Assembly (NCBI GenBank): GCA_017646625.1
Contig: JAGCMF010000033.1
Location: 5,237-69,236 of the forward strand
DNA length: 64,000 nt
Direction of reading: 5' to 3'
Source: Alistipes sp.
GTDB lineage: Bacteria; Bacteroidota; Bacteroidia; Bacteroidales; Rikenellaceae
Of the stretch, positions 9,040-19,010 are shown piece by piece. The number at the start of each line of letters is the position of its first letter. The stretch's first letter is position 1. The translations under genes and the position numbers were made by a program. Below the pieces are notes generated by a model. The model did not search any database. It was not told the origin of the DNA and worked only from the letters and a program-made list of their open reading frames with translations.

Positions 9040-11046
9040 TTAGTACTCGCCAATGCGGAATTGGCGTAGCACCTCATATGCCGCCTCTATGCCCAGCTCA
9101 CCAGCCTTCGACAGGTCGAGGCATCCCTTGCGCGTATCCTTCATGAATATCTGCACAAGACCACGGTTGTAGTATGCCTCACCGAGGTTGGGCTCGAGTT
9201 CTATGGCACGTGTGTAGTCGTCATATGCCTCTGGCAGCTTGCCCGATATGGCCATTAGATTTGCCCTATTGTAGTATGCCTCGGCAAAGTCGGGGTATAG
9301 CTTGATGGCCTTGTTTATATCCTCTATAGCCTCGTCGTAGCTGTATGTGCGTGTGCCGCTGTTATGCAGGCGCTTCGCTGGGTCGCTATCGAGGGTTATA
9401 TTCTGGTACGAGTTGTCGATAGAGGATATGAAGTCTATCATCTCGGCACGTGTCGTTGCACGGTTTATGTAGAGGAATGGGTTTGTGGGGTTAAGCTGTA
9501 TGGCCTCGGTGAAGGTGTTCACAGCATTCGTATACTGCTTAATCAGCGACTGGCTTATGCCTCGCTGGAAGAGTATCTCCCATGTCGCCTCATTAGTGTT
9601 GTGGAGCCTCTGGGCGAGTGTGCGGTCTATGGTGAACAACGTGACGGGGTCGAGGTTGCTCATGCGGCAGTCGAGGTATAGGTTGTCGTTGCCGAGGTGT
9701 GCGCGGAAGTCCTTTATGCGCTGTGTCCCCAGGCGGCGTGCTCGGCGGTCTGTAGCATCATCCTCGCTGTTGAGCAGCGTGAAGCGGAACATAGGTATCA
9801 GCGTCAGGCCATTATCTCCCGCCTGTGTTACTGTCGATGCTATACGTTCGAAGTTACGTTCAAGGAGTGTGCTCTCGAACGACAGCAGACGGTCGAAGCG
9901 CTGCGTGGTGTCGGCATATATCGAGTATGTTGAGTCCTGCAGTCGTGTGCGGTACTCGGCAATCTTACGCTGTGCGGTACGTTCGTCACTCTTGGCACCC
10001 TCCATGTCGTGCTTTGCGCGGCGTAGCACGCCACGACCTATGTAGGCATTCGCAAAGTCAGGATATAGCTCTATGGCACGTGTGTAGTCCTCAATGGCGG
10101 CGTCTATGTCGCCGAGGCGTGTGTGTAGCATCGCACGGTTGTAGTATACAAGCACATTGTCTGGCGAGTATCGCGCCACGCTGTTGAAGTCCTCCAGCGC
10201 ACGGTTGTAGTCGCCAATCTCGGTGCGCACGATGGCGCGGTTGAAGTAGCCTAACGAGCTTGTTGAGTCGAGCTCTATGACTCTGTCGAAGTCGCGCAAC
10301 GACAGCATAGGGTTATTCAAGTAGTTGTGTGTGAGTGCGCGGTTGAAGTATCCGGCGAGGAATGTAGAGTCGCACGCCACAGCCATGTCGAAGTCGGCAC
10401 GTGCCTCCTCGTATCGTTCCTGGGCCATATATAGGGCGCCACGACGGTTGTAGCCATCGGGGTCCTCGCGGTTAGTGCGTATGGCGGTGTTGAAGTTGTC
10501 GTATGCCCGTGCCGTATCCTTGAGATATAGGTAGCTTGTGCCACGGTTTATGTATGCGGCAACATGGCGTTTCTCGTAGCGTATAAACTTGTCGAAGTCG
10601 GCAATGGCGGCCTCAAACTGCTGGTTTAGTAGTCGTGTGACGCCACGGCTGTAGTATGGGTCGGGGAGGTCGGGGCGTAGTTCTATGGCCTGCTGGAAGT
10701 CGTTCAGTGCATCGTCATAGTTGCCCAGGCGTGAACGTGTAATGGCACGATAGTAGAAGGCACCTGTGAATACGGGATTTAGCTCCACGGCAAGCGTGAA
10801 GTCGGCATCGGCACCCAACAGGTCGTCCATGTTGTATTTGGCAATACCACGCAAGAAGTAGGCGTCGAAGTCACTATTGTCGTGGCGTAGCAGCACGTTG
10901 AGTACATCTATAGCTTCACGATACTTGCTGTCTACCATGCACTGCTGTCCCACCCAGTAGATGTAGTTGCGGTTATATTGTGCCGCAACCCTCTCGGGAA
11001 GTGTCAGTGCCAGAAGCAAGAGTATGACAAGTATAGCCCTCCTCAT
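9040..11046 (-). CDS. Tetratricopeptide-repeat protein with signal peptide
   Basis: Many AYYNRG...A..DF..AI.L.P repeats; start moved to MRRAILV. Confidence 0.88.
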   Translation of the reverse strand: MRRAILVILLLLALTLPERVAAQYNRNYIYWVGQQCMVDSKYREAIDVLNVLLRHDNSDFDAYFLRGIAKYNMDDLLGADADFTLAVELNPVFTGAFYYRAITRSRLGNYDDALNDFQQAIELRPDLPDPYYSRGVTRLLNQQFEAAIADFDKFIRYEKRHVAAYINRGTSYLYLKDTARAYDNFNTAIRTNREDPDGYNRRGALYMAQERYEEARADFDMAVACDSTFLAGYFNRALTHNYLNNPMLSLRDFDRVIELDSTSSLGYFNRAIVRTEIGDYNRALEDFNSVARYSPDNVLVYYNRAMLHTRLGDIDAAIEDYTRAIELYPDFANAYIGRGVLRRAKHDMEGAKSDERTAQRKIAEYRTRLQDSTYSIYADTTQRFDRLLSFESTLLERNFERIASTVTQAGDNGLTLIPMFRFTLLNSEDDATDRRARRLGTQRIKDFRAHLGNDNLYLDCRMSNLDPVTLFTIDRTLAQRLHNTNEATWEILFQRGISQSLIKQYTNAVNTFTEAIQLNPTNPFLYINRATTRAEMIDFISSIDNSYQNITLDSDPAKRLHNSGTRTYSYDEAIEDINKAIKLYPDFAEAYYNRANLMAISGKLPEAYDDYTRAIELEPNLGEAYYNRGLVQIFMKDTRKGCLDLSKAGELGIEAAYEVLRQFRIGEY

Positions 11047-11088
11047 CGTCGGTTGTTTAGGTAGCAAACGCGTGTAATATCGTTTTTA

Positions 11089-11973
11089 TTACTCTAATTC
11101 GTAGCCAAAGCGCTTGAGCTGGCTGTCGTTGTTGCGCCAATCCTCGTTAACCTTGACATATAGCTCGAGGAATACGCGCTTGCCGAGGAAGGCCTCGAGG
11201 TCGTGGCGTGCAGCCTGTCCCACACGCTTTAGGCGTTCGCCCTTATGGCCTATGACTATGCCCTTCTGTGAGGTGCGTGCCACATATATCGTTGCCGAGA
11301 TACGGTCTATCGTAGGCTCCTCCTTGTAGCTCTCGATGGCAATCTCACACGAGTAGGGTATCTCCTTATCGTAATTTAGGAGTATCTTCTCGCGTATTAT
11401 CTCCGAGGCGAAGAAGCGCAATGTCTTATCTGTGAGGGTATCCTTGGGGTAGAATGCCTCACCCTCGGGCAGACGTTCGAGGATAAGGTTGAAGACACCC
11501 TCCACGTTGAAGTTCTCCTTTGCCGAGCATGGCGCTATGATGGCGTCGGGTAGTAGCGCCTGCCACTTATCGACAAGGGCTGTTAGCTTCTCGGGTGTTG
11601 TGAGGTCCACCTTGTTGATGACGACAATCGTAGGTATGCCCGCAAGGCGCACCTTCTCGATGATGTCGGCAGAACGGTCGCTATCTTCAACAGTATCGGT
11701 GACATATAGCAGCACATCGGCATCTGTTATTGCGCCACGCACAAACTTCATCATCTTCTCCTGAAGCTTATAGTTTGGCTTGAGGATGCCGGGGGTGTCG
11801 GAGTAGACAATCTGGAAGTCGTCGCCATTTACTATGCCCATGATACGATGACGTGTTGTCTGCGCCTTTGATGTTATGATCGATAGTTTCTCGCCTACGA
11901 GCTGATTCATAAGCGTCGATTTTCCGACATTGGGGTTGCCGATGATATTTACAAAGCCACTACGATGTGCCAT
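11089..11973 (-). CDS. era: GTPase Era
   Basis: GNPNVGKST, QTTRHRI, DTPG, NKVD, C-terminal KH domain (GIVIGHKG). Confidence 0.97.
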   Translation of the reverse strand: MAHRSGFVNIIGNPNVGKSTLMNQLVGEKLSIITSKAQTTRHRIMGIVNGDDFQIVYSDTPGILKPNYKLQEKMMKFVRGAITDADVLLYVTDTVEDSDRSADIIEKVRLAGIPTIVVINKVDLTTPEKLTALVDKWQALLPDAIIAPCSAKENFNVEGVFNLILERLPEGEAFYPKDTLTDKTLRFFASEIIREKILLNYDKEIPYSCEIAIESYKEEPTIDRISATIYVARTSQKGIVIGHKGERLKRVGQAARHDLEAFLGKRVFLELYVKVNEDWRNNDSQLKRFGYELE

Positions 11974-12180
11974 AATACTATTATGTTAAAATACGCACAA
12001 AGATACAAAATTTATTATAAATATGGTATAGGTGGAGATATTAAAGCATAAAATGGCGTTTAGCGAGATGCTTTGGCCGTAGATAGATATTTTTTTTCAT
12101 CCAGATGAAACAAATATAGGGGGTGGTGCGTATATCTATTCGTAAATTGGAACGGAAGTTGTAAGAAGTAAAAATTTTTT

Positions 12181-13041
12181 ATGCGTCAATTAAAGATTAC
12201 CAAGTCGATCACCAACCGTGAGAGTGCGTCGTTGGATAAGTATCTTCAGGAGATCGGCAAGGAGGAACTCATCTCCGTAGAGGAGGAGGTAGAACTCGCC
12301 CAAAGAATTAAGAAGGGAGACCAGGAGGCTCTCGAAAAACTCACAAAGGCTAACCTACGTTTCGTTGTATCTGTGGCAAAGCAGTACCAGAATCAGGGTT
12401 TGAGCCTTCCAGACCTTATCAACGAGGGTAACCTCGGTCTTATTAAGGCTGCCGAGAAGTTCGATGAGACACGTGGTTTCAAGTTTATCTCGTATGCCGT
12501 ATGGTGGATTCGTCAGTCTATCTTGCAGGCTCTTGCCGAGCAGTCGCGTATCGTGCGTCTGCCACTCAACCAGGTAGGCTCACTAAATAAGATAAACAAG
12601 GCCTTTGCTCGCTTCGAGCAGGAGCACGAACGTACTCCCTCTGCCGAGGAGCTTGCTAACGAGCTCGAGTTGCCAAAGGAGAAGGTTACCGACACGTTGC
12701 GTGTTGCGGGTCGTCACATATCTGTGGATGCTCCATTCGCTGATGGTGAGGATAATAGCCTCTTGGATGTGCTTGTCAACACCGACTCTCCAAATGCCGA
12801 CCGAGGACTTATCAATGAGTCGTTGGCAACAGAGGTGGAACGTGCTCTCGAGATACTCACTGACCGTGAGGGTGACATCATCCGTTACTTCTTCGGTATC
12901 GGTTGCTCGGAGATGACTCTCGAGGAGATAGGCGAGAAGTTTGACCTCACACGTGAACGTGTGCGTCAGATTAAGGAGAAGGCTATTCGTAAGCTCCGTC
13001 AGTCATCACGCAGCAGTGTACTCAAGTCTTATCTTGGATAA
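12181..13041 (+). CDS. rpoD: Primary sigma-70 factor (Bacteroidetes type, no region 1.1)
   Basis: [52 protein letters not shown]. Confidence 0.95.
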   Translation: MRQLKITKSITNRESASLDKYLQEIGKEELISVEEEVELAQRIKKGDQEALEKLTKANLRFVVSVAKQYQNQGLSLPDLINEGNLGLIKAAEKFDETRGFKFISYAVWWIRQSILQALAEQSRIVRLPLNQVGSLNKINKAFARFEQEHERTPSAEELANELELPKEKVTDTLRVAGRHISVDAPFADGEDNSLLDVLVNTDSPNADRGLINESLATEVERALEILTDREGDIIRYFFGIGCSEMTLEEIGEKFDLTRERVRQIKEKAIRKLRQSSRSSVLKSYLG

Positions 13042-13058
13042 CAGTGCTAATCATACTG

Positions 13059-13090
13059 AAAAAGGTGGTGTCTTGATGACATCACCTTTT
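13059..13090. terminator. Bidirectional terminator between rpoD and thiL
   Basis: AAAAAGGTGGTGTC-TTGAT-GACATCACCTTTT. Confidence 0.8.
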
Positions 13091-13112
13091 CTGTTTTTGT
13101 AGGGTCGTTGCT

Positions 13113-14048
13113 CTAAAAGTGGCTGAAGCCGCGGAGCTCTATGTCGCTGGGTGTGCCATCCTCCAACCATACGAGGTCGCTGCCCTCGGTGATGCGGCCT
13201 ATGGCAGTTAGAGGGGTGCCTGTGGCCGTGGTGAAGGCCTCTGCAATGGTCTCGAAGTGCTCCTTGGCGATGGAGAGTAGCAGCTCATAGTCCTCGCCTC
13301 CTGTCGTGGCAAAGCGTATGTCGTAGTCGGTGGGTATTAGCCTGATATCTATCTCGGCGCCCACGCCCGAGGACTCCATGATGTGTCGTATGTCGGAGGC
13401 TATGCCATCCGAGATATCCATCATGGCGTGTACCTCCTCCCTGCCACCGAGCCATGCACCCTCCCTTATGCGTGCCTGTGCTATGCGGTGCGCCTTTGCG
13501 GCTGTGGTGTTAAGGTCGCCAAACATGATGTCTACAAGACCCTTTGATGATGTGCCGAGCTTGCCTGTAACGCATACCACGTCACCGACCTGTGCGGCAC
13601 TGCGGCGCTTTATGTTCTGCTTTGGGGCACGACCTATGGCCACTACGTTTATGGCTATCTTGTCGCGTGATGCTGTGGTGTCGCCACCCACGAGGGCCAT
13701 GCCATGCTTGCTGCTCGCCTCGTGGTAGCCGCGCATAAAACCCTCCATCCACTCGCCCTGTGCTGTCTCGGGCAGCGAGAGACTCAAGAGTGTGGCAATA
13801 GGTGTTGCGCCCATCGCTGCCACATCACTAATGTTTACCATGAGGCTCTTGTGTCCTATCTCCTCGGCAGAGGATGCAGAACGAAGGAAGTGTACATCCT
13901 CGATGAGCATGTCGGTGCTTATTACAAGGGCGTCATCACCCATGTCGAGCACCGTGCAGTCGTCGCCAATAGGCTCAAAGCCGTTATGTGGTAGTGTGGC
14001 GAACATCTTGGCTATGTCGCCTATGAATGAGAATTCTGACTTTTTCAT
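13113..14048 (-). CDS. thiL: Thiamine-phosphate kinase
   Basis: IGDDC, STDMLIEDVHF, NISDVAAMGA, GGDT, MMDISDG, GGEDYELL. Confidence 0.95.
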   Translation of the reverse strand: MKKSEFSFIGDIAKMFATLPHNGFEPIGDDCTVLDMGDDALVISTDMLIEDVHFLRSASSAEEIGHKSLMVNISDVAAMGATPIATLLSLSLPETAQGEWMEGFMRGYHEASSKHGMALVGGDTTASRDKIAINVVAIGRAPKQNIKRRSAAQVGDVVCVTGKLGTSSKGLVDIMFGDLNTTAAKAHRIAQARIREGAWLGGREEVHAMMDISDGIASDIRHIMESSGVGAEIDIRLIPTDYDIRFATTGGEDYELLLSIAKEHFETIAEAFTTATGTPLTAIGRITEGSDLVWLEDGTPSDIELRGFSHF

Positions 14049-14080
14049 GCCACAAAGATAGTTACATATAGATATAAAAA

Positions 14081-14112
14081 CAAATCGGAGTACAGCGATG
14101 CACTCCGATTTG
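14081..14112 (-). terminator. Terminator after the Ig-repeat lipoprotein
   Basis: CAAATCGGAGT-loop-ACTCCGATTTG preceded by an A-run. Confidence 0.7.
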
Positions 14113-14131
14113 TCATTTATGATTTAGACTA

Positions 14132-15508
14132 TTAGTTAAGCTGTATGCGGTATGCGGCACGCACGCTGAACTTTTTGGTCTTTTGTGGATCGAGGCACAC
14201 AATGCTATCTGTCATAAAGGCAACAACCTCAATTATATCTGTTGATGTCTCGTTCGATGACATGTAGTAGTCCTCGCTTATCGCTGTACCACCATTGTCT
14301 GTGATAGTCTTGTTAAATGCCTTCATCGCCTCGCTTTCATAGTTGTGTGTGCCACCACTTGCGGCATCCCACAACCAATGTAACTCTGTTGCTGATGGCA
14401 TGAACCATCCCTCGCCATGCTCGATGCACCACTTGAAGGCTGGGTAGTTGTTGATATCCTGACCACCGCGGTTAGGGTGGAAGAGGTCTTCTGTCATCCA
14501 TGCACCGTTACTAATATGGTTGTAACTGCAATCTACATTTATCGTAGACCACTGTAGGTACTCCTCATCCAATGATACAAGGTAGCACCATGTGTTGCCA
14601 TAATTATCGGTCTTGATGGCAAAGGCGATACCCTTTGAGCCACTCATCTCGTAGACCTTACCTATCTCGTAGTCACCAACAACAGCTGGGTCGTATACGT
14701 CGATGCTCACGGTGTTAGAACGCTGGTTGTTGTAGAGGGCATAGATGTCGTATGTGCCTACTGTTGTAGAGCTAAATACGCCACCCTCAATCACGTTACC
14801 CTTTGTATCCCTAATCTCGCATGTGGCAGTTACATCCTCCTCGCCGTAGAGAACAGTGAATGTTGCGCTATCTACGCCATCCGATGCGATACGATACTTC
14901 GATGTTGTGATTGTGAGACTCTTCTGTGTAGGAGTGTTGGCCACGGCGGTGATAGCAACCTGCTGCGAACGCTGCTCGCCATACTCCGCAACGAAGGTGT
15001 AGACACCCTCGGTCGTTGTGGTGAAGGTGTTACCCTCAAGGTTGGTATTCGACGAGAGCTCGATGATTGTTGACTCGGCAGTCTTATCCTGGCCATCGAC
15101 AGTTACGGTGAAGGTCACCTTATCTGTTCCATCGGCAGTAAACTCGGTCTTATCGACCTCAAGCTCCACGTTTGATGTTGTCGCGGTGGCAGTTATTGTC
15201 ACAGTCTCTGATGTGAAGTTCTTGTATGCTGCCTTAAAGCGGTACTCACCAGCAGTTGTTGTTTTGAAGGTGCTGCCAGCAAGTGTGCTATTGTCGTTGA
15301 GTACGATGATGCTTACATCCTTTGTTGTCACAACACCATCTACCGTAACCTCGAAGGTCACGCTGTCGGTGCCGTCAGCCACTATCTCAAGCTTATTGGC
15401 TGTGAGCCTCACCACTGCATCCTGCTGTGGCTGTTCCTCAACACCCTCGCAAGCGGTGATGCCTGCGAGGAGAGAGAACATGGCTAATATGTTAAAAAAC
15501 CTCTTCAT
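14132..15508 (-). CDS. Surface lipoprotein with three Ig-like (Big_1-like) repeats and a distinct C-terminal domain
   Basis: Lipobox ITAC; three repeats of ADG(T/V)DxxTF-V...TTTxG-Y; C-terminal YPAFKWC..HGEGWFMPSATEL resembles the DUF1566/FGE-like class. Confidence 0.7.
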   Translation of the reverse strand: MKRFFNILAMFSLLAGITACEGVEEQPQQDAVVRLTANKLEIVADGTDSVTFEVTVDGVVTTKDVSIIVLNDNSTLAGSTFKTTTAGEYRFKAAYKNFTSETVTITATATTSNVELEVDKTEFTADGTDKVTFTVTVDGQDKTAESTIIELSSNTNLEGNTFTTTTEGVYTFVAEYGEQRSQQVAITAVANTPTQKSLTITTSKYRIASDGVDSATFTVLYGEEDVTATCEIRDTKGNVIEGGVFSSTTVGTYDIYALYNNQRSNTVSIDVYDPAVVGDYEIGKVYEMSGSKGIAFAIKTDNYGNTWCYLVSLDEEYLQWSTINVDCSYNHISNGAWMTEDLFHPNRGGQDINNYPAFKWCIEHGEGWFMPSATELHWLWDAASGGTHNYESEAMKAFNKTITDNGGTAISEDYYMSSNETSTDIIEVVAFMTDSIVCLDPQKTKKFSVRAAYRIQLN

Positions 15509-15514
15509 ATGCCT

Positions 15515-17050
15515 TTACTCTGCTTTATCGAACAATGATGGCTCTACACGTACTGCAAACTGTGTAGGTGTATTCTCGTCATTGAGAGCCTCGAAGAAGA
15601 ATACATAGTCCTCCTTGTCTACTTCAGGGAATGATATCACAGCGCCATCGGCACTCTTTGCTGCTGCCAGTGTGTCAGCTGATACAGATGTGCGGAACAT
15701 GAAGAATGCCTGAATCTGTGACCAGTCGTTTGGATCCCAGAACTTTGCAAAGTCGTAGTTGTTCCAAAGCTGTGCACCAACCTTGAGGTCTGTAGCGTTA
15801 TCGTTAGTCTTAACGACAAACTGAACGTTGTACTTGAAGCCCTCCTTCTTGATAACAGGCTCTGATACCTCCAATGTAGCCTCTGCACCTGCTGTAGGAG
15901 CCTTTGTCTTGAACTCAATAGGCACATAGTTGTAGTCATAAACATCTGTTGGGTCTGTTGCTCCTGGATCCATGTAGAAGAGTACGAGGACATACTCGGA
16001 GTCGTTCGTCAATGGCTCGTAGTTGATTATTGTTGAAGCGCCTGTCTGGCCGATGTACTCGTTGATGAAGGTGTGGAAGTCGTAGCCCTGCTCCACGCCA
16101 ATGTTCTGCAATGCCCAGTAGCTACGCATAACGATGCTTGAGCTACCCTCTGATGCGAGTGTGCTGTCGTAGCTTGACTTTGTCCAGAAGTAGTATGCCC
16201 AGAATGACTCCTCACCCTTTGCAGGTACCACATCTACTGACATGCCCTTTGTTGTTGTCTTGAGGTTGCTGTAAGTGAACAATGAGTTAGGGTCTACTGG
16301 TGCAGCGTCAGGAGTAGAGAACTCGTAGCGGAAGAGACGTACGTCCTCCTCCATGTTGTGTACTGCCTCCCAGTTCTCGAAGTTAAAGGCAACAGCAATA
16401 TAGTTCATCTTTGGGCTCAATGAGCAGTTGATGGTTGTGTCGCCCCATGTGATATAGTCGCCACTATTTGGGTTCTCGATGATGTACTCAAAAATCTGGA
16501 AGTCATCGTTGTAGATGCCCATTGCGTCGAGCTCCATCTTTGTGATGACACGGAAGTAGTAGCGGTTTGCTGTTGAGCTTGGCTTTGCAACGGCTGTTGC
16601 AGAGTATGCAGTGATGTCGTTAACCTCGATGTCTACGTCGAACTCTACGCTTGGCACAGGCTCCTCTTTAGCTGTTGTGGTAACAACCTTTCTTACAACC
16701 TCGTCTGTAGCGCCATACATAAAGGCGATGACACAGTACTCTGTTTGCTCCTTGAGGTTGTCTGCGCTGATAATCTGCTCGCCATTGTACATGGTGAATG
16801 TCTGGAGGTAGTTATTGATGATTGCTGAATCATTCAAGCTCTCCACCTCACTGTTGAGAACGATGCCTGCGAAGTACTTTGCTGACTTGTCGGCAGGTGT
16901 GATAGTAGCCTTGATAGTGTTGCTATTTGCCACTACATCAGTGAGTGTAAGGTCTTTGTTGCCATCGACACCTGGCTTGTCGTTAGGCTGGCATCCCACC
17001 GCAAAAAGTGTTGCAAGCACGATGCTCAAGATAGAAAACAGTTTTCTCAT
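15515..17050 (-). CDS. Surface lipoprotein with FN3-like repeats, function unknown
   Basis: Lipobox FAVGC; repeated beta-sandwich segments (TITPADKSAKYF / VAKPSSTANRYY / DVVPAKGEESFW); co-transcribed with the previous lipoprotein. Confidence 0.65.
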   Translation of the reverse strand: MRKLFSILSIVLATLFAVGCQPNDKPGVDGNKDLTLTDVVANSNTIKATITPADKSAKYFAGIVLNSEVESLNDSAIINNYLQTFTMYNGEQIISADNLKEQTEYCVIAFMYGATDEVVRKVVTTTAKEEPVPSVEFDVDIEVNDITAYSATAVAKPSSTANRYYFRVITKMELDAMGIYNDDFQIFEYIIENPNSGDYITWGDTTINCSLSPKMNYIAVAFNFENWEAVHNMEEDVRLFRYEFSTPDAAPVDPNSLFTYSNLKTTTKGMSVDVVPAKGEESFWAYYFWTKSSYDSTLASEGSSSIVMRSYWALQNIGVEQGYDFHTFINEYIGQTGASTIINYEPLTNDSEYVLVLFYMDPGATDPTDVYDYNYVPIEFKTKAPTAGAEATLEVSEPVIKKEGFKYNVQFVVKTNDNATDLKVGAQLWNNYDFAKFWDPNDWSQIQAFFMFRTSVSADTLAAAKSADGAVISFPEVDKEDYVFFFEALNDENTPTQFAVRVEPSLFDKAE

Positions 17051-17318
17051 AGACTGAAAATAAATAAATTAAGTTAGTATTTCGTGTTGTTTGCGAGGCC
17101 CACGCCCCACTTATCTATATTTCTATGCGGGCAAATATACGAAAACATTTTCGTTCGGCAAAGCTATGGTCGCTAAATGTCATATTATTTATTATTTTTT
17201 TAACATTTATATTTGGTTTTTATCATATTTTTCTGTAAATTTGTCTACCCAATACAAAATAAATTGATTAAAGCCTCCGTTAATTGTTAAACAGGATAAG
17301 AATCAAGATGTAAAGACG

Positions 17319-17783
17319 ATGAATCAGAAGACCCAGCGCCTTTCGTACATTAGGAAAATTATTCGTGCGGAGTATATATCTTCGCAGGAAGAGCTTATAA
17401 CACGCCTCGAGGAGTGTGGTATTACCGTTACACAATCTACATTGTCGCGCGACCTAAAGTTTATGCATGTTGCCAAGGTGCCACACAAGGAGAAGGGGTA
17501 CATATACGTGTTGCCTAACGGTCAGCATGGTGACCATGCAGTGTCGTCAAATATAAGCGACAATATCCTCGATATCGCCTTCTCTCGCAATCTGTGTGTC
17601 ATCTCCACAAAGCCTGGCTATGCAAGTGCAATATCTGTGCCCATTGATAGCCGTGGTATAAGCGAGGTGCTCGGCACCATTGCTGGTGATAATACCATCC
17701 TTCTTGTGCTCCGCGAGGACTTTGATATGGATTTGCTCATGGGGCAGCTCTATGACCTTTTCCCTGCTTTGAAGCATTTGTAA
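17319..17783 (+). CDS. argR: Arginine repressor
   Basis: SQEEL...VTQSTLSRDL winged helix; GTIAGDNT. Confidence 0.93.
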   Translation: MNQKTQRLSYIRKIIRAEYISSQEELITRLEECGITVTQSTLSRDLKFMHVAKVPHKEKGYIYVLPNGQHGDHAVSSNISDNILDIAFSRNLCVISTKPGYASAISVPIDSRGISEVLGTIAGDNTILLVLREDFDMDLLMGQLYDLFPALKHL

Positions 17784-17810
17784 TAGACGGTAGTTTAGTA
17801 TACTATACAA

Positions 17811-17847
17811 ATAAGGGTTGTTCACCGATTAGGCGAACAACCCTTAT
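17811..17847. terminator. Bidirectional terminator between argR and the CI-like gene
   Basis: ATAAGGGTTGTTC-loop-GAACAACCCTTAT. Confidence 0.8.
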
Positions 17848-17864
17848 TTGTGCTTTGACACGAA

Positions 17865-18545
17865 CTATCCTATGGTGTGCATGCGTACCGATGCCTTGAT
17901 GAGGGCAATGGCACGTATACGACTTATCTCTATCTCTTTGTCGGCATGGTGCTGATTCTGGCTCACAAGGCGCACATAACCCTCATGCTCCGACTTCTGA
18001 ACATACTTCACGGTGATGTACTCCTCGCCATCGATGTCGATAGATAGTAGGTACATATCGCCCCAGAATACGTCACGCACGTCGTTAAGCTGCTTGTAGA
18101 GGATTATGTCTCCACTCTTGAGTAGCGGATACATCGAGTCGCCCACAACGTATATGGCACCATCGCACTTCGGTAGGTTGGGGATGTGGATGAAGTTGAC
18201 GGGCTTGGCTGTTGATGTCTCGGAGAAGAGGGGTACGAGTCCTGCTGTGCCCTCGATAGAGTATAGTGGCACACTCTGTAGTGGTAGCGACTTGTCTGTG
18301 CGGTGTGTGTAGGGCGTAAAATCTGGCTCTGCATTAAAGATTTTGCCCTTGCCTGTCTCTATCCACTCTGGGTTAACGTTAAAATCTTGAACAAAGATAT
18401 TCTTGTTGCGTGTCGATAGTCCCGCCTTGCCTGTCTCAATCATCGAGAGGGCAGCCTTTCCTATTCCAAGATGTTGAGCTAATTGCTCTTGCGTCATATT
18501 AAGCTCTTTTCGCATAAGTCTTATGCGTTCCCCAATTGTGCTCAT
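17865..18545 (-). CDS. CI/LexA-type repressor (XRE HTH + S24 peptidase)
   Basis: HTH RIRLMRKELNMTQEQLAQHLGIGKAALSMIETG; Ala-Gly site (EGTAGL), Ser in GDSM, Lys in TVKYV. Confidence 0.92.
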   Translation of the reverse strand: MSTIGERIRLMRKELNMTQEQLAQHLGIGKAALSMIETGKAGLSTRNKNIFVQDFNVNPEWIETGKGKIFNAEPDFTPYTHRTDKSLPLQSVPLYSIEGTAGLVPLFSETSTAKPVNFIHIPNLPKCDGAIYVVGDSMYPLLKSGDIILYKQLNDVRDVFWGDMYLLSIDIDGEEYITVKYVQKSEHEGYVRLVSQNQHHADKEIEISRIRAIALIKASVRMHTIG

Positions 18546-18574
18546 ATAAGAAAATGTTATATTAAATAATTGTA

Positions 18575-18626
18575 CAAATCTATTGACAAGGTAAATATTT
18601 GAATGTATATTTGCAGTGCAAAGTTA
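18575..18626. promoter_or_regulatory. Divergent/overlapping promoter switch between the repressor and the terminase operon
   Basis: TAnnTTTG boxes: rightward TATATTTG 18606-18613; leftward TAACTTTG 18626-18619 and TAGATTTG 18582-18575. Confidence 0.55.
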
Positions 18627-18692
18627 AGCAATTTATTTGACTGTGCAAATTTTGACCTTGTTTTTTAATAAATAAACCTACGAAAATCAATT

Positions 18693-19010
18693 ATGTACGA
18701 AACGACAACAAAAATTTACTTTAGGATTGCCGAAGACCTACTCGCGAGAATTGGTACAGGCGACTTCTTCTCTGGCGTGGTGATGGCGTTTGATGAGGAT
18801 GAGGGTGTGGAGTGTAGACTGATATGCACGGTGGTGGTGCATCGTGCCGAGAGAGTGAACGGCCGCTGGGGCATACGACCCATAGAACGTGTGCTGCCGG
18901 TGTGGTGGGAGATGAGGAGCTATCGAGATGGTGTGGAGATAGATAATGACTTCTCGTTCGGAGAGTTGGACTTAACGGGAGGCGATGATGTGTGGTGCTA
19001 TGAAGAGTAG
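18693..19010 (+). CDS. Hypothetical protein (105 aa) in the small-terminase position
   Basis: ORF follows an AT-rich leader; its stop overlaps the terL start (ATG 19000); no recognisable domain. Confidence 0.75.
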   Translation: MYETTTKIYFRIAEDLLARIGTGDFFSGVVMAFDEDEGVECRLICTVVVHRAERVNGRWGIRPIERVLPVWWEMRSYRDGVEIDNDFSFGELDLTGGDDVWCYEE

